The notes: generated from the letters alone by a model not told the origin. A DNA stretch of 32,000 bases from Cereibacter sphaeroides 2.4.1 (GCF_000012905.2 NC_007493.2:1080001-1112000); one strand, 5' to 3'. Positions 14,535-23,678 are shown, counted from the stretch's first letter. A program made the numbers and translations.

Positions 14535-15200
14535 TCAGAGCCCCGCGAGGATCCGCTTCGCCTCGGTATGGATGTCGGTGAGCTGGTCGCGATCCTCGCC
14601 CGGGAAGAAGCGCCCGCGGGTGGCGGTCGGCAGCGGCACGGGCGTCTCGATCAGCACGCGCGGGCCGATCTTCTGCGTCTCGGCCTGCCAGCTGCGCACA
14701 AGCGCGATCTGCGCGGCCTTGGTCGCGCCATAGGCGCCGAAGAAGGGCTCGCCGGCATGGCGGTCGTCGAAGAACAGCGCCGTGCCCTGACCCGCGCGCA
14801 AGAGCGGCTCGACCATCGGGATCAGGATACCGGTCGCGCGCACGTTCGTCGCGATCGACTTCTCCCAGTCCTTCGGATCGAGATGGCCTGTCGGGCAGAG
14901 CGGCGCGGCATGGACCGCCGCATGAACCCAGAGATGCACGGCGCCCCAGCGGTCGAAGATCGAGCGGCAGAGATGGCGCATCGCATCGTCGTTCGTCACA
15001 TCCATCGGCGCGAGCGTCGCGGGCTCGGCCCCGGGGCGGCGCCCCCGCATGCGGTCGTCCATGTCCTCGAGCCCGCCCGTCGTGCGCGCCACCGCGATGA
15101 CGTGCCAGCCCGCTACGCCCAGCTCCTCGGCGATCGCGGTGCCGAGCCCGCGCGAGGCTCCGGTGACAAGGGCAATGCGGGGCGAGGGCAGGGTGCTCAT
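14535..15200 (-). CDS. short-chain dehydrogenase/reductase family protein, 221 aa
   Basis: Rossmann motif LVTGASRGLGTAIA near the N-terminus and a YxxxK motif (YGATK). It lies immediately downstream of purF on the same strand. Confidence 0.8.
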   Translation of the reverse strand: MSTLPSPRIALVTGASRGLGTAIAEELGVAGWHVIAVARTTGGLEDMDDRMRGRRPGAEPATLAPMDVTNDDAMRHLCRSIFDRWGAVHLWVHAAVHAAPLCPTGHLDPKDWEKSIATNVRATGILIPMVEPLLRAGQGTALFFDDRHAGEPFFGAYGATKAAQIALVRSWQAETQKIGPRVLIETPVPLPTATRGRFFPGEDRDQLTDIHTEAKRILAGL

Positions 15201-15220
15201 GGATCGCGGCCTTCTGACTG

Positions 15221-15252
15221 AAAAGCGCCGCGGCTCGGGGCCGGCGGCGCTT
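15221..15252 (-). terminator. intrinsic-terminator-like hairpin downstream of purF
   Basis: On the minus strand, AAGCGCCGC and GCGGCGCTT form a 9-bp stem around a 12-nt loop. The stem runs into TTTTC. Confidence 0.5.
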
Positions 15253-15319
15253 CAGCCTATGGCGGGAAATGCCGGGGCGCGCAACCCATGGGACATGCGC
15301 CCGCCGGTCGCGCGGGCGG

Positions 15320-16783
15320 CTACTCGGCCGCCTTCATCTCGAATCCCTGCTCGATCTTGTCGGAGGGCGCGACCGGATAGTCGCCCGAGAAGCAGGCGTC
15401 GCAGTAGCGCGGCGCGTTCGGATCGCGGCCGCCGGCCTCGCCCACGGCGCGATAGAGCCCGTCGAGCGAGATGAAGCGCAGCGAATCCACCCCGATCCAG
15501 TCGCGCATCTCGTCTTCGGACATGTTCGCGGCGAGAAGCTTGCCCCGCTCGGGCGTGTCCACGCCGTAGAAGCAGGGCCAGGCCGTCGGCGGCGAGGCGA
15601 TGCGGAAATGGACCTCGGCCGCGCCCGCATCGAGGATCATGTCCTTGATCTTGCGCGACGTGGTGCCGCGGACCACCGAATCGTCCACGAGGATCACCCG
15701 CTTGCCCTTGATGAGCGCACGGTTGACGTTCAGCTTCAGCCGCACGCCCATGTTGCGGATCTGCTCGGTCGGCTCGATGAAGGTCCGCCCCATGTACTGG
15801 TTGCGGATGATGCCCATCGCATAGGGAATGCCCGACTGCTGGCTGAAGCCGATGGCGGCCGGGGTGCCCGAGTCGGGCACCGGACAGACCAGATCGGCAT
15901 CGACGGGCGCTTCCTTGGCCAGTTCCACCCCGATCTGGCGCCGGGTCTCGTAGACCGAGCGGCCGCCGAGGATCGAATCCGGCCGCGAGAAATACACATG
16001 TTCGAAGATGCAGAACCGGGCGGCGCGGCGCTCGAACGGATGGAAGCTCTCGATGCCGCGGGTCTCGTCGATCACCACCATCTCGCCCGGCTCGACCTCG
16101 CGGATGAACTCGGCGCCGATGATGTCGAGGCCGCAGGTCTCCGACGACAGCGCCCAGCCCTCGCCGATCCGGCCGATCACCAGCGGGCGCACGCCCAGTG
16201 GGTCACGGACGCCGATCAGCTTGGTGCGGGTCATGGCGACGACCGAGAAGGCGCCCTCGACGCGGCGCAGCGCGTCCTTCATCCGCTCGGGGATGTTCTT
16301 CTGGATCGAGCGCGCCATCAGGTGGATGATGCACTCGCTGTCCGATGAGGACTGGAAGATCGAGCCCCGCTCGATCAGCTCGCGCCGCAGCGCGGCCGCG
16401 TTGGTGAGGTTGCCGTTGTGCGCGACCGCTGCCCCGCCCATGGCGAACTCGCCGAAGAAGGGCTGCACGTCGCGGATGGCGGTGGATCCCTTCGAGCCGG
16501 CGGTCGAATAGCGCACATGGCCGATGGCCAGCGCGCCGGGCAGGGTGGCCATCGTGTCGGGATCGGTGAAGTTGTCGCGCACATAGCCGAAGCGGCGGGC
16601 GGAATTGAAGCCCTGCTCGGGATCGTGGGAGACGATGCCGCCCGCCTCCTGCCCGCGGTGCTGCAGCGCGTGCATGCCGAGGGCTACGAAGTTGGCTGCG
16701 TCAGACACACCGATGACACCGAAAACGCCGCACTCTTCCTTCAACTTGTCATCGTCGAAGGGGTGGCTCAGGAAGGGGCGCAT
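15320..16783 (-). CDS. purF: amidophosphoribosyltransferase, 487 aa
   Basis: Ntn-type CGVFGV after a 17-residue leader. PRTase loop VILVDDSVVRGTT. Cys-containing WPCFYGVD and CDACFSGDYP, typical of Fe-S type PurF. GGAG lies 7 nt upstream of the ATG. Confidence 0.95.
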   Translation of the reverse strand: MRPFLSHPFDDDKLKEECGVFGVIGVSDAANFVALGMHALQHRGQEAGGIVSHDPEQGFNSARRFGYVRDNFTDPDTMATLPGALAIGHVRYSTAGSKGSTAIRDVQPFFGEFAMGGAAVAHNGNLTNAAALRRELIERGSIFQSSSDSECIIHLMARSIQKNIPERMKDALRRVEGAFSVVAMTRTKLIGVRDPLGVRPLVIGRIGEGWALSSETCGLDIIGAEFIREVEPGEMVVIDETRGIESFHPFERRAARFCIFEHVYFSRPDSILGGRSVYETRRQIGVELAKEAPVDADLVCPVPDSGTPAAIGFSQQSGIPYAMGIIRNQYMGRTFIEPTEQIRNMGVRLKLNVNRALIKGKRVILVDDSVVRGTTSRKIKDMILDAGAAEVHFRIASPPTAWPCFYGVDTPERGKLLAANMSEDEMRDWIGVDSLRFISLDGLYRAVGEAGGRDPNAPRYCDACFSGDYPVAPSDKIEQGFEMKAAE

Positions 16784-16867
16784 GGGAGGGCTCCGAATCC
16801 GAGGGGAGATTGGCCCCTCATGTAGTGGCTTGTCACGCCGCTGTCACCCTCACAAAGCCGTGCTCCG

Positions 16868-17482
16868 TCAGTTGGCGGGTGCGGGGGCCGGTGTCGCGGG
16901 CGTGGTGGGCGCCGGTGCCTGCGTGGCGGGCAGGGCGCAGCTGCTCACCAGCTGCTCGTAGCGCGCCACGATCCAGCCGGGCGCGTCCGAGGGGATCGAC
17001 TGGTCGATGTTCTCCTGGAACGAGGCGAAGACACGGGCCGAGCGGGAATTGTCCACCATCGGGATGGTCTCGGAGGCCACGGCCCGGTCGTAGACGATCA
17101 GCGCCACCGCCACGAGCACCACACCGCGCAGCACGCCGAAGAGGAAGCCGAGGCTCTGGTCGAGGCCGCCCAGCGCGGAATTGCGGATGGCCGAGGAAAA
17201 GAGCGGCGTGAAGAGCGAGAGCAGCACGAGGCCGAGGGCAAAGACGGCCGCGAAGGCCGCGATGATCGAAAGCTCGCAGCTGTCGCCGAGGAAGTCGCCG
17301 ACGACCGGCACCTCCTTGATGAGCGGCTGCGCCTGCGCCGCGAAGACGAAGGCCAGCACGGCCGCCGCGATCCAGCCCGCGATGGCCATGACCTCGCGCA
17401 CGAGGCCGCGCGAGTAGGCGAGGATCGCCGACAGCACGATGACGGCCGCAACCACGGCGTCGATGATGGTAAAGCCTTCCAT
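16868..17482 (-). CDS. cvpA: CvpA family membrane protein, 204 aa, with Pro/Ala/Thr-rich C-terminal tail
   Basis: Hydrophobic N-terminus MEGFTIIDAVVAAVIVLSAILAYSRGLVRE and several predicted TM helices. It sits in the conserved radA-cvpA-purF neighbourhood. Confidence 0.85.
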   Translation of the reverse strand: MEGFTIIDAVVAAVIVLSAILAYSRGLVREVMAIAGWIAAAVLAFVFAAQAQPLIKEVPVVGDFLGDSCELSIIAAFAAVFALGLVLLSLFTPLFSSAIRNSALGGLDQSLGFLFGVLRGVVLVAVALIVYDRAVASETIPMVDNSRSARVFASFQENIDQSIPSDAPGWIVARYEQLVSSCALPATQAPAPTTPATPAPAPAN

Positions 17483-17500
17483 GTGCCTGCTCCTTCGGCG

Positions 17501-18859
17501 TTACCCGGCCCCGAACATCTCACCCACGAATGCCGCGAGGTCGGGCATCTGACGCACCCGCATTCCCTCGTCCTGACCCACTTTCGAGCGGGTCGGCGCG
17601 ATTGCCTGCGAGAAACCAAGTTTCGAGGCCTCTTTCAAGCGGCTTTCGGTCTGGGCCACCGGGCGGAGGGCACCCGAGAGGGAGATCTCGCCGAAAAGCA
17701 CCATGTCGGGCGGAATTGCCACATCTTCGCGGGCCGAGACGAGGGCCGCGGCCACGGCGAGGTCGGCCGCAGGCTCGGAGACGCGCATCCCGCCCGCCAC
17801 GTTGAGGAAAACATCGAGGCCCGCGAAGGGGATACCGCAGCGCGCCTCGAGGACGGCGAGGATGGTCGAGAGCCGGCCGCTGTCGAGGCCCACCACCGTC
17901 CGGCGCGGGGTGCCGAGCGGCGAGGGCGAGACGAGGGCCTGGATCTCGGTGAGGACGGGGCGGGTGCCCTCGATGCCCGCGAAGACGGCCGAGCCCGGCG
18001 CGGGCTGGTCGCGGTCGGACAGAAAGAGGGCGGAGGGGTTCGCGACCTGCGCGAGCCCGCCGCCCGTCATCTCGAAGACGCCGATCTCGTCGGCCGGGCC
18101 GAAGCGGTTCTTGACCGCGCGCAGGATGCGGAACTGGTGGCCGCGCTCGCCCTCGAAATAGAGCACCGTATCGACCATATGCTCGACGACGCGCGGGCCC
18201 GCGATCTGGCCCTCCTTCGTCACATGGCCCACGATGACGATGGCCACGCCGCGCCGCTTGGCGAAGGTCACGAGTTCGTGGGCCGAGGCGCGGACCTGCG
18301 CCACCGAGCCGGGGGCGGATTCCACATTGTCGAGCCACATGGTCTGGATCGAGTCGATGATGGCCAGCGCCGGGCGCTCGGCGTCGAGCGTGGTCAGGAT
18401 GTCGCGCAGGTTGGTCTCGGCGCCGAGAGCCACCGGCGCCTGTCCGAGGCCGAGCCGTTGGGCGCGCATCCGCACCTGCGCCGCCGCCTCCTCGCCCGAG
18501 ATATAGAGGCACTTCACCCCGCCATTGGCGAAGCTCGCCGCGGCCTGCAAAAGGAGGGTCGACTTGCCGATGCCGGGATCGCCGCCCACGAGGATCGCCG
18601 AGGCGGGCACGAGGCCGCCGCCCAGCACGCGGTCGAGCTCGTCGATGCCCGAGGAGGTGCGCGGCGGCGCCGCCTCTTCGGTCGCGAGGTCGCTCAGCGC
18701 GATGGTGCGGCCCTTGGAGCCCAGTGCCTTCGGCCCGCTCGACAAAGGCGTTTCCTCGACGATCGAGTTCCAGGCGCCGCAGGCGTCGCAGCGCCCGGCC
18801 CACTTGCGGTGGACGGCGCCGCAGGTCTGGCAGGTGAAGACGGGGGAGGATTTGGCCAT
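17501..18859 (-). CDS. radA: DNA repair protein RadA/Sms, 452 aa
   Basis: Start set at ATG 18859 (MAKSSPVFTCQTCGAVHRKWAGRCDACGAWNS zinc ribbon). Walker A GDPGIGKST, KNRFG motif, Lon-like C-terminal domain. The 21-codon upstream extension in the track ORF has no support. Confidence 0.93.
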   Translation of the reverse strand: MAKSSPVFTCQTCGAVHRKWAGRCDACGAWNSIVEETPLSSGPKALGSKGRTIALSDLATEEAAPPRTSSGIDELDRVLGGGLVPASAILVGGDPGIGKSTLLLQAAASFANGGVKCLYISGEEAAAQVRMRAQRLGLGQAPVALGAETNLRDILTTLDAERPALAIIDSIQTMWLDNVESAPGSVAQVRASAHELVTFAKRRGVAIVIVGHVTKEGQIAGPRVVEHMVDTVLYFEGERGHQFRILRAVKNRFGPADEIGVFEMTGGGLAQVANPSALFLSDRDQPAPGSAVFAGIEGTRPVLTEIQALVSPSPLGTPRRTVVGLDSGRLSTILAVLEARCGIPFAGLDVFLNVAGGMRVSEPAADLAVAAALVSAREDVAIPPDMVLFGEISLSGALRPVAQTESRLKEASKLGFSQAIAPTRSKVGQDEGMRVRQMPDLAAFVGEMFGAG

Positions 18860-18991
18860 GGCGCCTTTTGCCCCCTCGCGCGGAGCGGCGCAAGCCGCGC
18901 CTGACGCAGGCCAGGTCCGCAATCGGCGGTGCGCGCGTCGCCTCCGCCGGGCGCTCCGGCGCGAACCCGGCTCATGTTCCGGCAGCGCCGG

Positions 18992-19417
18992 TCAGCGCGC
19001 GGGCGTGAGGAAGGAGAGGGCGAGCGAGGCGAGGATGCAGCCGGTGAAGAGCCAGAGGCCCCAGGCGGTCTCGACCGTGGCGAGGCCCACCCCCTTGATG
19101 AGCACGATATAGAGCGCGATCAGGAAGATGTCGGCCATGGCGAGCCGGCCCAGCAGATGCAGCGCGGGCAGGACGCGGGGCGACAGAAGCCCCGCATGGA
19201 GAAGCGCCAGACCGATGGTCTTCAGGTAGGGCGCGAAGATCGCGAAGAAGGTCACGAGCAGCGCGAGGCCCACGTCGGTGCTCCAGAGCGACTGGAGGCC
19301 CGAGACCACCGAGATCTCGGACAGGCCGAAGAGCGGCAGCATCCCCGCCCGCATCAGGGGCGCGAACCAGGCGACCGGGAAGAGGAGGAGAAGCGCGAGG
19401 TTGGCCGCGCGCAGCAT
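18992..19417 (-). CDS. PqiA/LetA-family integral membrane protein, single half-size domain, 141 aa
   Basis: About four TM segments. The pattern ISVVSGLQSLW, FFAIFAPYLKTIGLALL, LGRLAMADIFLIALYIVLIKG resembles the PqiA domain signature (lgrWSMlDVF...). Its ATG directly abuts the TAG of the upstream ABC ATPase gene (TAGATG). Confidence 0.65.
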   Translation of the reverse strand: MLRAANLALLLLFPVAWFAPLMRAGMLPLFGLSEISVVSGLQSLWSTDVGLALLVTFFAIFAPYLKTIGLALLHAGLLSPRVLPALHLLGRLAMADIFLIALYIVLIKGVGLATVETAWGLWLFTGCILASLALSFLTPAR

Positions 19418-20164
19418 CTAGCGCAGCGCCTCGATCGGACCCTCGGCGCGACCGTGGATGAACTGCTGGACGTAGGGGTCGGGCGTGGTGTCGAGCTCCG
19501 AGACGGGGCCCGTCCAGCGGATCTTGCCGCGGTGGAGCATCGCCACATTGTCCGCGATGGCGCGCACAGAGGTCATGTCATGGGTGATGGTCATGGCGGT
19601 CGCGCCCATCTCGGTCACGATCTCGCGGATGAGGTCGTTGATGACGCCTGCCATGATCGGATCGAGCCCGGTTGTGGGCTCGTCGAAGAAGATGATCTCG
19701 GGATCGGCGGCGATGGCGCGGGCGAGACCCACGCGCTTCTGCATGCCCCCGGAGAGTTCCGCCGGATAGAGGTCGGCCACCTGCGGGCCGAGGCCCACCC
19801 GGCGCAGCTTCTCGATGGCGATCTCGCGCGCCTCGGCCTTGGGCCGCTTCTGCGCGCCGCGGAGCAGCCGGAAGGCCACGTTCTCCCAGACATGGAGCGA
19901 ATCGAAGAGCGCCGCGCCCTGAAACAGCATCCCGAAGCGGGCGAGGAAGGCATCGCGCTCGGCGCGCGTCACATCCTCGTCGTTCAGAAGGATCTGGCCC
20001 CTGTCGGGATGGACGAGGCCCAGAATGCACTTGAGCAGCACCGACTTGCCCGTGCCCGAGCCGCCGATGATGACCATCGAGCTGTTGCTCTCGACCCGCA
20101 GGTCGATGCCGCGCAGGACCTGGTTCGCGCCGAAGCTCTTGGTGACGCCGGAAAGCTCGATCAT
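19418..20164 (-). CDS. mlaF: ABC transporter ATP-binding protein, MlaF-like, 248 aa
   Basis: Walker A GGSGTGKS, signature LSGGMQKRV, Walker B IIFFDEPTTGLD. The N-terminus and overall length are MlaF-like. ATGA overlap with the permease gene. Confidence 0.85.
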   Translation of the reverse strand: MIELSGVTKSFGANQVLRGIDLRVESNSSMVIIGGSGTGKSVLLKCILGLVHPDRGQILLNDEDVTRAERDAFLARFGMLFQGAALFDSLHVWENVAFRLLRGAQKRPKAEAREIAIEKLRRVGLGPQVADLYPAELSGGMQKRVGLARAIAADPEIIFFDEPTTGLDPIMAGVINDLIREIVTEMGATAMTITHDMTSVRAIADNVAMLHRGKIRWTGPVSELDTTPDPYVQQFIHGRAEGPIEALR

Positions 20165-20943
20165 GAGGTGAAGAACACCTCCGTCAGCAGGTAGTTCGCG
20201 GCGAGGATCAGCACCGAGGCCGCCACGACGGCGGATTTGGTGGCCCGGCCCACGCCCTGCGCGCCGCGGCCCGAGTTCATGCCGTGATAGCAGCCCATCA
20301 GCGCCACGATGAAGCCGAAGGCCGCGCCCTTCACGAGGCCCGAGCCCACGTCCCAGACCTCGAGGAAGTCGGTCGTGTTCTTGATGTAGGTGGCCGAGTT
20401 GAAGTCGAGCCGGTTCACCCCCACGAGCCAGCCGCCCGCGATGCCGATGGAATCGCCCACCGCCACGAGGATCGGCACGGCGAGGGTGGCTGCCAGCACG
20501 CGGGGCACGGCCAGATATTTCAGCGGGTTCGTCGACAGGGTCACGAGCGCGTCGATCTGCTCGGTCACCTTCATCGTGCCGATCTCGGCCGCGATGGAGG
20601 AGGCCACGCGGGCCGCCACCATGAGCCCGCCCAGAACCGGGCCCAGCTCGCGCGTCATGCCGATGGCCACGATGGAGGGCACCACCGCCTCGGCCGAGAA
20701 GCGCGCGCCGCCGGCATAGATCTGGAGCGCGAGCGCCCCGCCGGTGAAGATCGCGGTCAGCCCCACCACCGGCAGCGACAGCCAGCCGATCTGGATCAGC
20801 GCGGTCAGAAGCTCGCGCGGGTAGAAGGGGGGGCGGAAGATATGGCTCACCACCGCGCCCGCAAAGAGCGCGATGCGGCCCACGGCCGCCAGCATCCCGA
20901 GGGTGGCGCGTCCGAGGGCGGCGATGGGGGCTGCGGCGCTCAC
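20161..20943 (-). CDS. mlaE: ABC transporter permease, MlaE-like, ~260 aa
   Basis: MlaE-type sequence ([67 protein letters not shown]). Start proposed at GTG 20943, which overlaps the alr stop (GTGA). An alternative start is ATG 20895. The rest of the 472-aa track ORF is an out-of-frame read across alr. Confidence 0.8.
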   Translation of the reverse strand: MSAAAPIAALGRATLGMLAAVGRIALFAGAVVSHIFRPPFYPRELLTALIQIGWLSLPVVGLTAIFTGGALALQIYAGGARFSAEAVVPSIVAIGMTRELGPVLGGLMVAARVASSIAAEIGTMKVTEQIDALVTLSTNPLKYLAVPRVLAATLAVPILVAVGDSIGIAGGWLVGVNRLDFNSATYIKNTTDFLEVWDVGSGLVKGAAFGFIVALMGCYHGMNSGRGAQGVGRATKSAVVAASVLILAANYLLTEVFFTS

Positions 20944-21989
20944 GCCGCGAGGGCCCCGTAGCGGCGCTGGTAGCGGCGGCCGAGGCTCGTCAGGATCTCG
21001 TAGCCGATGGTTCCCGCCGTGTCGGCCAGATCGTCCGGCGTCTGGTGCGGCCCGAGGATGTCGAGCGTCTCGGGCACTTCGGGCAGGTGGCTCACATCCA
21101 CCGTGATGAGATCCATCGACACCCGGCCCACCAGCGGGCAGGGCACCCGGCCCGCATAAAGCGTGGCGCGCGAGGACAGCGTGCGCGGCAGCCCGTCGGC
21201 ATAGCCCGCGGCGACCGTGGCGATGGTCGAGGTATGTTCGGCCGTCCAGGTGTTGGAATAGCCCACGGGCTCGCCGATCTCGACCTCGCGCACCTGGATC
21301 ACCGGCAGCGAGAGCCGCACCACCGGGCGCGCATTCTCGAACGGGCGGCCGCCGTAGAGGCCGATGCCGGGGCGGGTCAGCTCGAAATGCCAGGCGGGGC
21401 CCAGCAGGATGCCGCCCGTGGCCGAGAGCGAGCGCGGCACGCCGGTGCCGTCGGTCATGGCCCGGAAGGCGCCGAGCTGCTCGGCATTCATCGGATGGTC
21501 GGGATCGTCCGAACAGGCGAGGTGACTCATCAGCAGTTCCGGTCCCGCCTCGAGCGCGAAGCCGGCCACGGCCTCCCATTCGCCGGGCTCGAGCCCGAGC
21601 CGGTTCATCCCGCTGTCGAGCTGCAGGCCGAAGGGCTGGCCGCCCAGCGCCTCGAAATGCCGGGTGAGCTGGTCGATCGAGTTCAGCATCGGCGTCAGGT
21701 CGAAATCGCGGATGAGGGCGGTGTCGCCCTCCATATGCCCCGAGAAGACGCAGATCTGCGGCCCGGAGCCGAGCGCGCGGCGCACGTCGGCCCCTTCCTC
21801 GCAGGTGGCGACGAAGAAGCGGCGGGCACCGGCCCGCGCGAGGGCATGGGCGACCTTGGCCGCGCCGAGCCCGTAGCTGTCAGCCTTCACGACGGCGCCG
21901 GTCTGGCAGTCGGAGGCGGTCATCTGGTCGAGCGCGCGCCAGTTGGCGGCGATGGCGTCCAGGTCGATGGTGAGGGTCGCGGTGGCCAT
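20940..21989 (-). CDS. alr: alanine racemase, 349 aa
   Basis: PLP-lysine motif [11 protein letters not shown]. The length and C-terminal region are typical of Alr. Confidence 0.88.
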   Translation of the reverse strand: MATATLTIDLDAIAANWRALDQMTASDCQTGAVVKADSYGLGAAKVAHALARAGARRFFVATCEEGADVRRALGSGPQICVFSGHMEGDTALIRDFDLTPMLNSIDQLTRHFEALGGQPFGLQLDSGMNRLGLEPGEWEAVAGFALEAGPELLMSHLACSDDPDHPMNAEQLGAFRAMTDGTGVPRSLSATGGILLGPAWHFELTRPGIGLYGGRPFENARPVVRLSLPVIQVREVEIGEPVGYSNTWTAEHTSTIATVAAGYADGLPRTLSSRATLYAGRVPCPLVGRVSMDLITVDVSHLPEVPETLDILGPHQTPDDLADTAGTIGYEILTSLGRRYQRRYGALAA

Positions 21990-22217
21990 GGCGGTGTTTT
22001 CACCGGAGTGCGCGCGAGGTCAAGGGGAGAAAGGCCGCGGCCGGCGCTCTGCCGCCCCGCGCGCGGTCACGAAAACCGGAAGAGGCTGCGGGGGCTTCGG
22101 CGCGCCGCCTTGCGCGGCCCGCGTCGATCCTGTCGCGGCCGCGCGGGGGCCAAGCCGGGTGGCGCGGCGGGGCCGCCGCTGGTAAAGGGCGGCAAAGCCA
22201 TTGCGAGGAGACGGACC

Positions 22218-22955
22218 ATGTTCGATCTGACGGGAAAATCGGCGCTCATCACCGGCGCTTCGGGCGGCATCGGCGGCGGCATCGCGCGCGCGCTCCATGC
22301 GGCGGGGGCGACGGTGGCGCTCTCCGGCACGCGGACGGGACCGCTCGAAGAGCTGGCGGCCGAGCTGGGGGATCGCGCCCATGTGCTCGCCTGCAACCTC
22401 TCGGATGCGGCGGCCGTCGAGGCGCTGCCGAAGCAGGCGGCCGAGGCGATGGGCGCGGTCGACATCCTCGTGAACAATGCGGGCATCACCCGCGATCAGC
22501 TCGCCATGCGCATGTCGGACGAGGATTGGGAGCAGGTGATCGAGGTGAACCTGACCTCGACCTTCCGGCTCTGCCGCGGCGTGCTGCGCGGCATGATGAA
22601 GGCGCGCTGGGGGCGGATCGTCAACATCACCTCCATCGTGGGCGCGACGGGCAATCCGGGGCAGGCCAATTATGCCGCCTCGAAGGCGGGCGTCGTGGCC
22701 ATGTCGAAAAGCTTTGCGGCCGAGGTGGCGAGCCGCGGCATCACCGTCAATGCGGTGGCGCCGGGCTTCATCGCGACCGCGATGACCGACAAGCTGAACG
22801 ACGAGCAGAAGGCGCGGATTCTGGGTCAGGTGCCGATGGGCCGGATGGGCGCCCCCGACGATATCGCGGCGGCCGTGCTCTATCTGGCCAGTCCCGCGGC
22901 GGGCTATGTGACGGGGGCCACGCTCCATGTGAACGGCGGCATGGCGATGCTGTGA
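22218..22955 (+). CDS. fabG: 3-oxoacyl-ACP reductase, 245 aa
   Basis: Start at ATG 22218 (MFDLTGKSALITGASGGIGGGIA) with GAGGAG 7 nt upstream. NNAG and YAASKAG motifs. Lies in the fabG-acpP-fabF context. The upstream part of the track ORF is antisense to alr. Confidence 0.93.
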   Translation: MFDLTGKSALITGASGGIGGGIARALHAAGATVALSGTRTGPLEELAAELGDRAHVLACNLSDAAAVEALPKQAAEAMGAVDILVNNAGITRDQLAMRMSDEDWEQVIEVNLTSTFRLCRGVLRGMMKARWGRIVNITSIVGATGNPGQANYAASKAGVVAMSKSFAAEVASRGITVNAVAPGFIATAMTDKLNDEQKARILGQVPMGRMGAPDDIAAAVLYLASPAAGYVTGATLHVNGGMAML

Positions 22956-22998
22956 AAAAGGCCGATGGACGTGCGGCACTTTCGGCGCGGGAAAGCGT

Positions 22999-23027
22999 TT
23001 GCCTTGACGAAAGAGCCTTGCTATAGG
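22999..23027 (+). promoter_or_regulatory. candidate sigma-70-type promoter for acpP
   Basis: TTGCCT (22999-23004), 17-nt spacer, TATAGG (23022-23027), in a locally AT-richer patch about 105 nt upstream of acpP. Confidence 0.35.
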
Positions 23028-23133
23028 CCCGTCAGAGTTGCCGGGGCTGACGCCTCCGGCTGAACTGCACCAGTTGCCTGCAGGGCAAGGGACAACGAGC
23101 CGGGAACCCTCCCGCAACGAATGAGGAAGTGAC

Positions 23134-23367
23134 ATGAGCGACATCGCTGATCGCGTGAAGAAGATCGTCGTCGAGCATCTGGGCGTCGAAGAGGAGAAGG
23201 TGACCGAGAATGCCTCGTTCATCGACGACCTCGGCGCGGACAGCCTCGACACGGTCGAGCTCGTGATGGCCTTCGAGGAAGAGTTCGGCATCGAGATCCC
23301 GGACGATGCGGCCGAAACCATCCAGACCTTCGGCGATGCGGTGAAGTTCATCTCGGAAGCCGCCTGA
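23134..23367 (+). CDS. acpP: acyl carrier protein, 77 aa
   Basis: [24 protein letters not shown] with the phosphopantetheine-attachment Ser in DSLD. GAGGAAG SD upstream. Confidence 0.97.
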   Translation: MSDIADRVKKIVVEHLGVEEEKVTENASFIDDLGADSLDTVELVMAFEEEFGIEIPDDAAETIQTFGDAVKFISEAA

Positions 23368-23401
23368 GCTTCCGCCGGGCGATCCGCCTGGGCATTTCGG
23401 A

Positions 23402-23438
23402 CCCCCGTCGAGCGGCGCTCGGCGGGGGTTTTTCGTTT
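23402..23438 (+). terminator. rho-independent terminator after acpP
   Basis: CCCCCGTCGAGC (23402-23413) pairs with GCTCGGCGGGGG (23417-23428): 12 bp including one G-U, with a 3-nt loop. It is followed directly by TTTTTCGTTT. Confidence 0.85.
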
Positions 23439-23678
23439 CCGGACAAGGATGCCGGCTGTCAACTCCGCCGCCGGCGGTGGGTGGTGGTTGCTGCGCGCAG
23501 CGGCACGGACCGGCCTGAGATGCTGTCTGGCGTCGGCCGCACTGTCGGGTGCCCTCCGGGTGGGCCTCGCCGTGACCGGGAGGAGGAGGCGCCGTCCGAT
23601 CCGGTCGCGGCATGGGAGCGCCCGGCCCGTCCTCTGCCGCGCCGGGAAGGGCGGCGGCGGAGCCTTGTCCGTGGCAAC

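Noticed and set aside
18860-18922. 21-codon N-terminal extension of radA
   Set aside because: RadA proteins begin close to the zinc-ribbon CxxC motif. ATG 18859 gives MAKSSPVFTCQTCG, and the extension has no support.
18963-18979. GAAC-N9-GTTC upstream of radA as a possible SOS/LexA box
   Set aside because: The alphaproteobacterial LexA site is a direct repeat GTTC-N7-GTTC. This is an inverted arrangement with the wrong spacing. It also lies just after the stop of the PqiA-like gene, more than 100 nt from the radA start.
15269-20194. Plus-strand ORFs 15269-16348, 17483-18904, 18929-20194 and similar, antisense to purF, radA and the ABC genes
   Set aside because: Same high-GC artefact: low-complexity, charged translations that are fully nested in well-supported minus-strand genes.
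21045-22217. 391-codon N-terminal extension of the fabG ORF, and similar 5' extensions of glgX (5708-), treZ (8158-), malQ (9552-), fabF (23612-) and mlaE (-21579)
   Set aside because: The extensions run through neighbouring genes in other frames or on the opposite strand and have nonsense composition. Family-typical N-termini with SD sequences or ATGA overlaps occur at the internal starts I chose.
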